A DNA stretch of 64,000 nucleotides from an uncultured Chloroflexia bacterium (lineage in GTDB: Bacteria; Chloroflexota; Limnocylindria; Limnocylindrales; CSP1-4): assembly GCA_963813535.1 (NCBI GenBank), contig CAWEZH010000002.1, forward strand, positions 1,088,001-1,152,000, given 5' to 3'. The position numbers and the translations under genes were made by a program. Below the pieces are notes generated by a model, which saw only the letters and a program-made list of their open reading frames with translations, was not told where the DNA came from and did not search any database. Shown piece by piece: positions 50,438 through 59,914 of this stretch. Numbering within the stretch: the stretch's first letter is position 1; each line of letters starts with the position of its first letter.

Positions 50438-50560
50438 TCCGGGGGCCCGTCGGTGTCATACCATCCGTCGCACGCCGAGTCCGGACCAGGCGGGTATGGA
50501 GTCGACACCAGGGGGGAAACCGTGTCGCGACCGAAGTGGACGGGCGTGCCCGTCCCGAGC

Positions 50561-51568
50561 ATGAGGCGCCGCCCGAGCTGGCTCGCGCTGGCCGCCTCCC
50601 TCGTCTTCACCGCGTGTGGGCCCGGCCCGGCCGCGGTGGCGACGACGCCGCCGTCACCGACGACGAGCCCGAGCACGCCACCGGCCACCTCGGCGCCGCC
50701 GACGTCCACGCCGAGCGAGGCCGTCACGCCGACGCCGACGCCTGCTCCCGACGAGGTCCTCCTCGCTGCCGGCGACATCGCAGCGTGCAGCAAGGAGGGC
50801 AATTCGGCCACGGCGGCGATCCTCGCGCGCTACCCGGACGCGACAGTGCAGACGCTCGGGGACAACGCCTACGACAAGGGGACGCCCCGGCAGTTCGGGT
50901 GCTACGACGACACGTGGGGCGTCGCCCTCGACCGGACCCATCCCGCGCTGGGTGGCCACGACTACATGACCGAGGCGGCGGCCGGCTACTTCGGGTATTT
51001 CAAGGACGTCCTAAAGCCGTTCGCGCCGACCGGGACCGACCCGACCATGGGCTGGTACGCCTACGACCTCGGTGCGTGGCGGATCATCGTGCTCAACTCG
51101 ATCTGCGATCGGATCGGCGGCTGCGACGCGGCATCCAAGCAGGTCGCCTGGCTACGGACGGAGCTTGCCGAGCATCCGGCCCGCTGCTCCCTCGCGGTCA
51201 TCCATAACCCCCGCTTCAGCTCGGGGCGCAAGGAGAACGAACCCAGGGTCCAGGTGCTGTGGGAGGAGCTGCACGCAGCCGGTGCGGAGATGGTCCTCAG
51301 CGGCGACAACCACACCTACGAACGGCTGGCGCCGATGACCCCGGCCGGCGAGCGTGACGCGACCGGGATCCGCCAGTTCGTCGTCGGGACCGGTGGCCGC
51401 AGCCACTACAGCTTCGCGGACGGCGCGATCCACCCGAACACCGAGACCGGCGACGATCAGACATACGGCGTCCTCATGCTGACGCTCGGTGCCGACGGCT
51501 ATGCGTGGGAATTCCTGCCGGAAGCCGGCAAGTCGTTCACGGATACGGGCTCCGAAGCCTGCCACTGA
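50561..51568 (+). CDS. metallophosphoesterase lipoprotein
   Basis: Lipobox FTAC; AAGDIA, LGDNAY, GGHDY, SGDNHTYER, FVVGTGG. Confidence 0.9.
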   Translation: MRRRPSWLALAASLVFTACGPGPAAVATTPPSPTTSPSTPPATSAPPTSTPSEAVTPTPTPAPDEVLLAAGDIAACSKEGNSATAAILARYPDATVQTLGDNAYDKGTPRQFGCYDDTWGVALDRTHPALGGHDYMTEAAAGYFGYFKDVLKPFAPTGTDPTMGWYAYDLGAWRIIVLNSICDRIGGCDAASKQVAWLRTELAEHPARCSLAVIHNPRFSSGRKENEPRVQVLWEELHAAGAEMVLSGDNHTYERLAPMTPAGERDATGIRQFVVGTGGRSHYSFADGAIHPNTETGDDQTYGVLMLTLGADGYAWEFLPEAGKSFTDTGSEACH

Positions 51569-52090
51569 ACGGGTCGCGATCGTCGCCGAACCTGTCAGCT
51601 ACATGAACGGCCGGCTGCACACGGTCATCGTGGATAGGTATTCCGCCGTATTCCCGTACGGACGTTCACTTTCATAGCCTTCGCAAAGACCCGGCTCGCT
51701 CTTCCCCCTGGCGATCCGGGTCTGCTGATCTCGACGGGCCTCGGCGCGCTGGTCGCGCCGGGGCCCGTCGGCTCGAACAAGGAAAAGGTCCGAGGTGGCC
51801 CCTTCGCCGGCGATGCCGGACGGCGGGGACGGGGCCGAGCGCCGACCGGACGCCACGGAGTCGACCGAGACCGTCTCCCTGGCTCCCGGGACCATCGCTC
51901 GGTTCCGCGTGATCCTCGGACCCACGGCTAGGGTACGCCACGAGCGCGGCGTGGCCAACCCATGAGGTGTGTGAGGGGCCGGTCGAGGGGGACCTTCGGG
52001 GGAGGACGGAGCCTCCATGGCCCAGTGCTACACTCCGCCACCTGTCGCGCCGACCGGGATCGGTGCGAGTGATAGAGGACCGATCCGCCC

Positions 52091-53491
52091 ATGACGGCCG
52101 GACCGACTCGCGCGCGAACGCCCACCGCCGCGCAACAGCTGGCCCTGGACCTGCCGGTCTCGCTGCCGGCCATCGAGATCGAGCCCGAATGGAAGGCCCA
52201 GCAGCGCCTGTGGGGCCATTCGTTCCATCCGATGTGCTCGTATCTCGCCAGCTTCCCAGCCGCGCTGGCGCATGCCTTCATCGCCCGCTATTCGCGTCCG
52301 GGTGACGTCGTCCTCGATCCGTTCTCGGGTCGCGGCACCACGCCGTTGCAGGCATGCGCCGAGGGTCGCATCGGCGTCGGCAACGACCTCAATCCCTTCG
52401 CCCACCTCCTGACGGCGTCCAAGGTCGAGCCGGCCACGCGACCCGCCGCGATGACCCGGCTGACCCAGCTCCGACTGGGCTGGAACGCGGACGCCGAGGC
52501 GTGGGTCGCGCTCGCCCGGCGCGTCACCGCCGATCCGACCGCCAGTCGTGTGCCGGTCGCTGGTTCGGGTCGTGGCCCCACCGATGGGTCGGAGGCCGTG
52601 CCGGTCGAGGTCGCCCTGGCCTTCCACCCCGACACGCTCGGCCAGCTCCTGTTCGTCCGCTCCGAACTTCGTCTCGACGACCGGACGGACCGGTTCCTCG
52701 CGGCCGCCATCACCGGCATCCTCCACGGCAAGAGCGCAAGCTACCTGTCGGAGCTGATGCCGAACACGTTCAGCATGGCCCCGCGCTACGTGCGCGACTT
52801 CGCCGCTCGCACCTCGTTCAGTTCGCCGCGCCGCGACGTCTTCGACGGCCTGACCTCGAAGGTCGGCCGCCTCTACCGCCAGGCCGGCCCGTTCACGGAG
52901 GGCGTCGCGCTGCTGGGCGACGCCCGTGATGTCGCGCCACGCGTGCGCGCCGCGCTTCGGGCCCAAGGCCGCCCCGATCGAGCCCGGCTCGTGGTGACCT
53001 CCCCGCCGTACCTACGGGTCGTCAAGTACGGCTACTACAACTGGCTGCGGACGTGGTTCCTCGGTTTCGACGCGAAGGACATCGACGCGACCCTGGACGA
53101 TGCGCATCACCGCGAGCCGTATCTCGCGTTCCTGCGCGACGTGCTGGCCGACATGCGCGAGGTCCTGACGGACGACGCCGTGGTCGTGCTCGTCATCGGC
53201 GATGTCGAGACGGACCGTGGCCGCCGGATCAAGGGCGGTGTCGGCCTGGCGGAACGGGCATGGGAGCTCGCGGCCGAGCCCGAGGGCTATCGACTCGCCG
53301 GGGTCGCACTCGACGACGTCGCGGCCGTCCGCAAGATGACCAAGCTATGGGGCGACGAGGCTGGTCGAGCGACCAAGACTGACCGGATCCTCGTGCTGGG
53401 CGCGACCGAATCGGGTCGTCGACGGGCCCTTGCCGGCGCGTCGCTGGACATCGACTGGACCTGGCCGCCGAGGGCCCTGCGCGGGATCTGA
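52091..53491 (+). CDS. orphan amino (N4-C/N6-A) DNA methyltransferase
   Basis: HPMCSYLASFP, VLDPFSGRGTT (motif I), VVTSPPY (motif IV). Confidence 0.88.
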   Translation: MTAGPTRARTPTAAQQLALDLPVSLPAIEIEPEWKAQQRLWGHSFHPMCSYLASFPAALAHAFIARYSRPGDVVLDPFSGRGTTPLQACAEGRIGVGNDLNPFAHLLTASKVEPATRPAAMTRLTQLRLGWNADAEAWVALARRVTADPTASRVPVAGSGRGPTDGSEAVPVEVALAFHPDTLGQLLFVRSELRLDDRTDRFLAAAITGILHGKSASYLSELMPNTFSMAPRYVRDFAARTSFSSPRRDVFDGLTSKVGRLYRQAGPFTEGVALLGDARDVAPRVRAALRAQGRPDRARLVVTSPPYLRVVKYGYYNWLRTWFLGFDAKDIDATLDDAHHREPYLAFLRDVLADMREVLTDDAVVVLVIGDVETDRGRRIKGGVGLAERAWELAAEPEGYRLAGVALDDVAAVRKMTKLWGDEAGRATKTDRILVLGATESGRRRALAGASLDIDWTWPPRALRGI

Positions 53492-53533
53492 GTCCGCCGC
53501 TCGTCCACCAGCCATACGCCACGTCGGTCGTGA

Positions 53534-55717
53534 ATGCCCTCGTCTACGATTGCCCACGTGACGCCCCAACCCCGGATCCGCCGCGGCGTCCTCGCGTTGG
53601 TCGCGGCAGCACTGCTGGCGGCCGCCGGCTCGTCGATCGCGATCGCCGAGGAGGTCATGCGTCTCGAGGGGCCCGTGACCGATACGGCCGGCGCCCTCGA
53701 TGGTCGCGTCGCCGATGTCGAGGGAGCGATCGACCGCACGCTCGACGATCACGGTGTCCAGGTCTTCGTCCTCTTCGTCCGGACGACCGGCGATGTGCAG
53801 ATGGCCGACTACGCCCAGGGAACCGCCGACGTCAATTCGCTCGGCGTCGACGATGCGCTGTTGGTCGTGGCGATGGACGACCGGACCGACTACATCTGGG
53901 TGTCCGACAGCCTCGACGAGATCACCGACGACGAGCTCGACACGATCCTCGTGGAGGAGCTGGAACCGCGGCTGCGCGATGGCGACGCTCCCGGGGCCGC
54001 GGTCGCAGCGGTCGAGGCTCTCGGCGTCGCAGCGGACTCCCCTGCCCCGACCGACGGGCCGTTCGTGCCCGGGCCCGTGTCACCGGTGCCGACGGCCGAA
54101 CCGGGCGGCGGTGAGACGGGCGGCGGCGGGATCGGGGTCGGGGCGATCATCGGCGCGATCCTGCTGGCGGGCGGGGGCTTCCTGGTCTACCGCTGGTGGC
54201 AGGCTCGACGCACCCCGGCTGCAGCGGCCGGGACCGGCCTGCCGACAGCGCCTGCGCCAGCCGATCTCAGCGGCCCAGCGCTCCGGCAGCGAGCGAATGC
54301 CCTGCTCATCGCGACCGACGAGCGGGTCCGCGACGCTCGCCAGGAGATCGACTTCGCCGAGGCGCAGTACGGGCCCGAAGCGGTCGGCGAGCTGCGGGAC
54401 GCGGTCGCGGATGCCGCGAACGAGCTCGCGGCCTCGTTCACGCTGCGCCAGCGGCTCGACGACGACCAACCCGAGGACGACGCGGCCCGCGACGCCATGA
54501 TGCGCGAGATCGTGGAGCGGACCACCCGGGCGCACGAGCGGCTCGACGCCGAGACGGGTCGTATCCGACAGCTGCGCGATCTCGAGCGAGACGCCCCGGC
54601 CACGCTCGTCGAGCTCCCCGCGCGGATCGAGGCGGTCGAGGATCGGCTACCCGCTGCCCGGTCCACGCTCGACGGTCTGCGCTCCTACGCCGAGTCGGCG
54701 TGGCAGCCCGTCGGCGGCCACATCGAGGAAGCCGAGAAGGGGCTGGCCGGTGCCCGCACTGCGGTCACCGTCGGCAGCGCGGCGATGGCCCGCAACGATC
54801 GCCCGGACGTCGCGGTCGCCACGCGCGAGGCCCTCGAAGGCGTGACCGGGGCAGCCCAGCTACTGGACGCGATCGAGGTGCTGCGAGCGACCATCGCCGA
54901 GGCGGAGCAGCGCCTGCCGACGGAGCTGGCCGACGCCGACCGGGACCTCCGCGACACACGGACCGCCCTCGCTGAACTGGGCCAGCTCGACCCAGGGGTC
55001 GCGGGGCGCGTCCGCGAGGCGGAACGGGCGATCGATCAGGCCCACGAGGCGTCGAGGGAGCAGCCCGTTGACCCCGTCCGCGCTCTCCAGCTCGCGACCG
55101 ACGCACATCGCATCGCCGACGCGGTGCTCGTCGCCGCGCGCGACGCGGCCGCCGCGAACGACCGCCTGGAGGCCGCGGCCGACTCGTCCATCAAGACCGC
55201 ATCGACCGAATACGACCGAGCCGCCACGTTCATCGCCTCGCGTCGCCGAGGTGTCGGCGAGGGAGCACGGACCCGCCTCGCCGAAGCCCGGCGACATCTC
55301 GACGCGGCGGCGGCCGTTGCCCCCAGCGATCCGCAGGCGGCGGTCGAGGGGGCGCGCCGCGCGCAGCAGCTCGCGAACGACGCGTACCGGCTCGCGTCCT
55401 CCGACTTCTCGGACTGGGACCAGGGTGGACCCGGCTGGGGCCAGCGGGGCGGGACGAGCGACGGCGACGCGACCGCAGACATCCTCGGTCAGATCCTGGG
55501 TGGGGTGATCGGCGGGGTGATCCGCTCGGGTGGTGGCGGTGGCTGGGGTGGGTCACCGTGGGGCGGCCCCGGTCGCAGCGGCGGCGGAGGCGGCTTCCCG
55601 GACCTCGGCGGACTCGGCGGTGGCTGGGGACAGGGCGGCGGATTCGGGACCGGCGGGTTCGGGGGCGGTGGTGGCGGCGGAGGCGGTGGTGGTCGTGGGC
55701 GCGGTGGGCGCTGGTGA
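53534..55717 (+). CDS. TPM-domain membrane protein with coiled coil and Gly-rich tail
   Basis: Signal peptide; VTDTAGAL..VQVFVLFV..ALLVVAMDDR; TM; FAEAQYG; GG-rich C-terminus. Confidence 0.85.
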   Translation: MPSSTIAHVTPQPRIRRGVLALVAAALLAAAGSSIAIAEEVMRLEGPVTDTAGALDGRVADVEGAIDRTLDDHGVQVFVLFVRTTGDVQMADYAQGTADVNSLGVDDALLVVAMDDRTDYIWVSDSLDEITDDELDTILVEELEPRLRDGDAPGAAVAAVEALGVAADSPAPTDGPFVPGPVSPVPTAEPGGGETGGGGIGVGAIIGAILLAGGGFLVYRWWQARRTPAAAAGTGLPTAPAPADLSGPALRQRANALLIATDERVRDARQEIDFAEAQYGPEAVGELRDAVADAANELAASFTLRQRLDDDQPEDDAARDAMMREIVERTTRAHERLDAETGRIRQLRDLERDAPATLVELPARIEAVEDRLPAARSTLDGLRSYAESAWQPVGGHIEEAEKGLAGARTAVTVGSAAMARNDRPDVAVATREALEGVTGAAQLLDAIEVLRATIAEAEQRLPTELADADRDLRDTRTALAELGQLDPGVAGRVREAERAIDQAHEASREQPVDPVRALQLATDAHRIADAVLVAARDAAAANDRLEAAADSSIKTASTEYDRAATFIASRRRGVGEGARTRLAEARRHLDAAAAVAPSDPQAAVEGARRAQQLANDAYRLASSDFSDWDQGGPGWGQRGGTSDGDATADILGQILGGVIGGVIRSGGGGGWGGSPWGGPGRSGGGGGFPDLGGLGGGWGQGGGFGTGGFGGGGGGGGGGGRGRGGRW

Positions 55718-55808
55718 CGACCGTCGCGCGGTCATCCCCTTTGCGCTGGCCGACACGTGGGCCGTACCGTAGCGGTCCACCCAGCCCGATCCTTGGAGAG
55801 ACAGACCG

Positions 55809-56522
55809 ATGGCACAGAGCTCGATCCTCGGCCGCATCAGCCAGCTGATCCGCGCCAACGTCAACGCCATCCTCGACAGCGCCGAGGATCCGGAGCGGAT
55901 GCTCGACCAGCTCGTGCGCGACTTCACGGACAACATCGCCGAAGCCGAGGACGCCGCCGCCCAGACGATCGGGAACCTGCGGCTGCTGGAGGACGACGCG
56001 AAGGAGGCGCGTGCCGCCTCTGCCGAGTGGCTCGACAAGGCCAAGGCCGCGTCACGTCGTGCGGACGAGCTCCGAGCCGCCGGCAATACGGCCGAGGCGG
56101 ATCGGTTCGACGACCTGGCCAAGATCGCCATCCGTCGTCAGGTCAGCTACGAGAGTCAGACGAAGACGCTCGACACCCAGATCGCCGGGCAGACAGAGCT
56201 CGCCGACAAGCTCAAGGACGGCCTCAACAAGTTGCGCGTGAAACGCGAGGAGTTGGTGCAGAAGCGAGACGAGCTGGTGGCGCGAGCCAAGATGGCGCAG
56301 GCCCAGTCGACCGTCCAGGAGACCCTCCAGAGCGTGTCGGTCCTCGATCCGACGAGCGAGCTGTCGCGCTTCGAGGAGAAGGTCCGGCGCCAGGAGGCGC
56401 AGGTCCGCGGGCGTGAGGAAGTCGCTGCTTCGTCCATCGACGAGCAGTTTGAATCGCTCGAGTCCGAAGAGGACGAGCAGGAGGTCGACGCGCGACTCGC
56501 GGAGCTCAAGTCGGGCGGCTGA
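55809..56522 (+). CDS. pspA: PspA/IM30 family protein
   Basis: SILGRISQLIRANVNAILDSAEDPERMLDQ; RFEEKV; VDARLAELK. Confidence 0.93.
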   Translation: MAQSSILGRISQLIRANVNAILDSAEDPERMLDQLVRDFTDNIAEAEDAAAQTIGNLRLLEDDAKEARAASAEWLDKAKAASRRADELRAAGNTAEADRFDDLAKIAIRRQVSYESQTKTLDTQIAGQTELADKLKDGLNKLRVKREELVQKRDELVARAKMAQAQSTVQETLQSVSVLDPTSELSRFEEKVRRQEAQVRGREEVAASSIDEQFESLESEEDEQEVDARLAELKSGG

Positions 56523-56575
56523 CATGCTCGAGCGGACGGCTGCACGCCACTGAGGTCGCCCGCCATAATCCGGTC

Positions 56576-56803
56576 ATGCAGCAGATGTACGACCCGTCGG
56601 ACCTCGCATCGATGGATCCGCTGGTCCTGATGAAGAACCTCGATCACGTCCGGATGACGAGCCGTCGGCTGTCGTACATCCTCCAGCAGCAGGTCCACCT
56701 CTATACGCCCGAGGCGAATCAGCTTCGCGAGCAGATCGACCGCTATGTCGAGGCGGAGCGCCAGATCGAGGGCGAGATGGCGAGGCGCGTCATCCGCGCC
56801 TGA
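56576..56803 (+). CDS. hypothetical protein (75 aa)
   Basis: CATAAT -10-like hexamer directly before ATG (leaderless); typical codon usage. Confidence 0.75.
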   Translation: MQQMYDPSDLASMDPLVLMKNLDHVRMTSRRLSYILQQQVHLYTPEANQLREQIDRYVEAERQIEGEMARRVIRA

Positions 56804-56827
56804 CGAACGGGAAACGGGCTAGACGAA

Positions 56828-56859
56828 CGAAGACCCCGCCGATCCCGGCGGGGTCTTCG
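56828..56859. terminator. bidirectional terminator hairpin between convergent genes
   Basis: CGAAGACCCCGCCG-atcc-CGGCGGGGTCTTCG. Confidence 0.75.
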
Positions 56860-56877
56860 CAATGAGTGCGGTGCCGG

Positions 56878-57261
56878 TCAAGCCCCGGCGGGCACCGCGG
56901 CGAAGCGGATAGGCCGCTCGCCTCGTCCCTCAGGCGCCGACTCCTCGTCGGCCGTACCCACGCCCTCGATACCCGGTTCGGCGGGCGTGATCACCACGGT
57001 CACGGGCCGACGGAGCGCCTGCTCCTCGGCGACGATCCCGCGCACCATCGCAGCCAGGGCCGGCATGTCGGATAGCCCGAAACCGATCCCGTGTGCGGCC
57101 AGGTCCTCGACTCCGAGACCTCGGAACAGGCCGCGCGCTGCGACAGCGCACATCTCGTCATAGAGCTCCGGCCAACCTACACGTCGGCGCCGGTAGCAGA
57201 AATGGATGAACTCGGCCGCATCCGGGTCTGGGACTCCGGTGGCGGCGCTGAGCGGTTCCAT
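56878..57261 (-). CDS. hypothetical protein
   Basis: GAAGGGAGGG RBS; DAAEFIHFCYRRRRVGWPELYDEMCAVA. Confidence 0.7.
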   Translation of the reverse strand: MEPLSAATGVPDPDAAEFIHFCYRRRRVGWPELYDEMCAVAARGLFRGLGVEDLAAHGIGFGLSDMPALAAMVRGIVAEEQALRRPVTVVITPAEPGIEGVGTADEESAPEGRGERPIRFAAVPAGA

Positions 57262-57481
57262 CGATGGCGGACCCTCCCTTCCGGCGGGCAGCTGTCGACC
57301 CTGACACAGGTCGGTGCCGCGTCCTCGCCGTACGACGGCAACACGAAACCAGGCCCGGCCAGCGGTCGTGTCGGGAACCGCCTCCCGGACGGTGGTCCTG
57401 GTGCCCGGTGCCGCTCCGTGGGGGCCACGACGACCGGGGTCGCGCCATCGTAGGCGTCCGAGGGACAGGCCGGAAGGGGGC

Positions 57482-57514
57482 TTGTCCACGAGTTCATCCA
57501 CGAAGTTTTCCACA
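57482..57514 (+). promoter_or_regulatory. three tandem DnaA-box-like 9-mers
   Basis: TTGTCCACG, TCATCCACG, TTTTCCACA at 12-bp period. Confidence 0.55.
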
Positions 57515-57561
57515 CCCCGGCGCGGGGCTAGAACGGGCGTGCGGAACGAGCGTGAACCGGT

Positions 57562-58620
57562 TCAGGCCGCCCGGCGCGACAGCCCCAGCCCCGGCCGGTC
57601 GGCCAACCGCCAGCGCTTGTCGGGCCCGAGGTCCAGACCTTCGAAGGGGTCGTCCGCGAGCAACAGGTTGCCGTCGAGATCGACCCAGTCGGCCAGAGAC
57701 GCGACGACCGCGGACGCGGCGATCCCGACCGATGTCTCCTCCATGCAGCCGAGGAACGTCCGGAAGCCGAGCTCACGTGCTCGCTCCAGCATGTCGCGGG
57801 CGGGGCCGATGCCGCCGCACTTGGCGAGCTTGACATTCACCCCGGCGACCACCCCGACGAGTGCGTCGAGGTCCTCGGGCAGTACGCACGACTCGTCCGC
57901 GACGATGGGCAGCGCCGACCGCTCCTGCAGCCATGCCAGATCCCGGTATGCCCGGGCAGGGAACGGTTGCTCGATGAGCTCCACGCCAAGGTCGACGAGC
58001 TCGGGCAGCAACGCCTCGGCATCGGCCCGCGTCCAGCCGGTGTTCGCGTCCACGCGGATCGGCCCGGCGAATACCTCGCGCACGGCCCGCAGGGTCGCCA
58101 GGTCCGATGGCCCGCCGACCTTGATCTTCAGGGCAGGGAAATCGCCGGCACGCTTCGCGCGCTCGGCCACGACCGCAGGCTCGTCGATGCCGATGGTGAA
58201 ATCCGTCGGCGGCAGGTCCGCCGACAGCCCCAGGAGCTGGTAGACGGGGACTGCCGCGACCTTGCCGGCGAGGTCGTGCAGCGCGATGTCGATGGCGCAC
58301 TTGATCGCGCCATGACCACGGATGGCGGCGTCCATGACCGAGCGGGCGGCCGCCAGGCCGTCGCTCGTGGGATCGACGTCGGCCGACTCGAGCGCCGACA
58401 GCAACTCCGGCCCGACCACCGCCATGGTCTGGGGCGTCTCGCCGTAGAACCGGTCCGGGTACCCCTCCCCCACGCCGCTGACATCCGGGGATCGTTCATC
58501 GCGCAGCTCGACGATGACGGTCGTGACACGGAGACCTTCGCCGTGGTCCGACCGCGCGATCCGGAACGGATCACGGAGCCGGAGCGACAGGACCTCGTGG
58601 CGAAGACTCAGCCGACCCAT
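57562..58620 (-). CDS. dipeptide (L-Ala-D/L-Glu) epimerase, enolase superfamily
   Basis: DIALHDL, LKIKVG, VDANTGW, IEQP, ADES, NVKLAKCGG, GCMEE, DLDG. Confidence 0.92.
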   Translation of the reverse strand: MGRLSLRHEVLSLRLRDPFRIARSDHGEGLRVTTVIVELRDERSPDVSGVGEGYPDRFYGETPQTMAVVGPELLSALESADVDPTSDGLAAARSVMDAAIRGHGAIKCAIDIALHDLAGKVAAVPVYQLLGLSADLPPTDFTIGIDEPAVVAERAKRAGDFPALKIKVGGPSDLATLRAVREVFAGPIRVDANTGWTRADAEALLPELVDLGVELIEQPFPARAYRDLAWLQERSALPIVADESCVLPEDLDALVGVVAGVNVKLAKCGGIGPARDMLERARELGFRTFLGCMEETSVGIAASAVVASLADWVDLDGNLLLADDPFEGLDLGPDKRWRLADRPGLGLSRRAA

Positions 58621-59693
58621 GGGAGCTCGTCGACGGCATCCCGGATCGCGGGCCACAGGCGGTCCGCACCGAAGCGTACCGGATCGTCGGCCGGCAGGCC
58701 GGTCTCCGCCGAGATCCGGGCGATCGCCTCGCGCGCCTCGTCGTCGGCGGCGAAGAGCGACGTGTTCAGGGCGATCGCGACAACCTTCGACGGAGCGACC
58801 ATCGCGGCGATCCGCTCATGCAGCTCGATGAACGGCGGCAGCTCGGCGATCGGGAACGAGGCCTCGGGCAGATGGTCGAAGTCGTGCTCGCGCTGCCCCG
58901 GCTTGTGGACGAGGACCATCGCGTGTGGCGTCGCCCCGTGGATGAGGCCCATCGTCACGGCGCTGTACGCCGGATGATCGATCGACCCCTGGCCCTCGAC
59001 GAACACCCAATCGCCACGGCTCTCGCCCTGCTCGACGAGCCATTCGACGGTGCCGTTCGTGAAGTCGCTGATGACCCGATCGACGGCCACGCCCCAGCCC
59101 TCGATCATCATCCCGGTCTGGCCCGTGGGGACCATCACGGCCGACGCGCCGTCGCCTCGGGCCGAAGCCACCAGCTCGAGGGCGACCGACATCTTGCCGA
59201 TCGCGCAGTCCGTGCCGACCGTCAGGATCACCCGCTTGCCCGGCAGGTGCCGACGCCCGACCGCCGTCTCCATCCGGTCCGGCGGTCGTCGATAGTCGAT
59301 CAGTCGCGTGCCGGCGGACTGCGCGGCGGCAGCGAAATCGGGGTCATCGCTGAGGAACTGGTGCAAGCCCGAGTGGATATCGAGTCCTGCCCGGATCGCC
59401 TCCAGGATGGTCGCCCGCCACGCGGACGGCAGCTTGCCACCGGTCGGGGCGATGCCGATCAGCAGGCCGTCCGGGCGGACGGATCCATCGAGCGCCTCGG
59501 CAAGTGTCCCGACGAACGGGATGTCGAAGGCCGGCAGGAACTCGCGCAGGTTCCGGCCCGCCATCGTCGAGTCGAGGATGGCCACGATCGTGTCCCGGCC
59601 ATAGCGGATGACACCCATCGCGGTCTTCGCATCGTGGATGCCGAACTGCCCCTCGGTGAGGACCACGAGACGGCGCGGCTCGGTCGGCAGCAT
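58608..59693 (-). CDS. DUF1611 domain P-loop protein
   Basis: AKTAMG, SGLH, GTDCAIGKM, TGQTG, VEGQGS. Confidence 0.92.
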   Translation of the reverse strand: MLPTEPRRLVVLTEGQFGIHDAKTAMGVIRYGRDTIVAILDSTMAGRNLREFLPAFDIPFVGTLAEALDGSVRPDGLLIGIAPTGGKLPSAWRATILEAIRAGLDIHSGLHQFLSDDPDFAAAAQSAGTRLIDYRRPPDRMETAVGRRHLPGKRVILTVGTDCAIGKMSVALELVASARGDGASAVMVPTGQTGMMIEGWGVAVDRVISDFTNGTVEWLVEQGESRGDWVFVEGQGSIDHPAYSAVTMGLIHGATPHAMVLVHKPGQREHDFDHLPEASFPIAELPPFIELHERIAAMVAPSKVVAIALNTSLFAADDEAREAIARISAETGLPADDPVRFGADRLWPAIRDAVDELPWVG

Positions 59694-59715
59694 CGGCGCA
59701 GTCTACGGAAACGAG

Positions 59716-59745
59716 AACGCCCCCGGGGCGCGGTCCGGGGGCGTT
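59716..59745 (-). terminator. tRNA terminator hairpin
   Basis: AACGCCCCCGG..CCGGGGGCGTT. Confidence 0.65.
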
Positions 59746-59760
59746 GGGATCAGGCGGGTT

Positions 59761-59837
59761 TGGTACCGCATACCGGATTCGAACCGGTGATCTCCGCCTT
59801 GAGAGGGCGGTGTCCTGGGCCTCTAGACGAATGCGGC
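59761..59837 (-). tRNA. tRNA-Glu(CTC)
   Basis: GCCGCAT TC GTCTAGAGGCCCAGGAC A CCGCC CTCTCAA GGCGG AGATC ACCGG TTCGAAT CCGGT ATGCGGT A CCA. Confidence 0.96.
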
Positions 59838-59914
59838 GCCGGCCGTCGGGTGGAGGCCACCACGACGGCCGACAGGATACCAGAGGAGGCGAGCCCGGGG
59901 TCCGGGCCCGGCCG

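Noticed and set aside
57482-57514. oriC
   Set aside because: Only three boxes, no AT-rich unwinding element, and no dnaA/dnaN nearby.
59761-59837. Island at tRNA-Glu
   Set aside because: No duplicated fragment of this tRNA found in the window.
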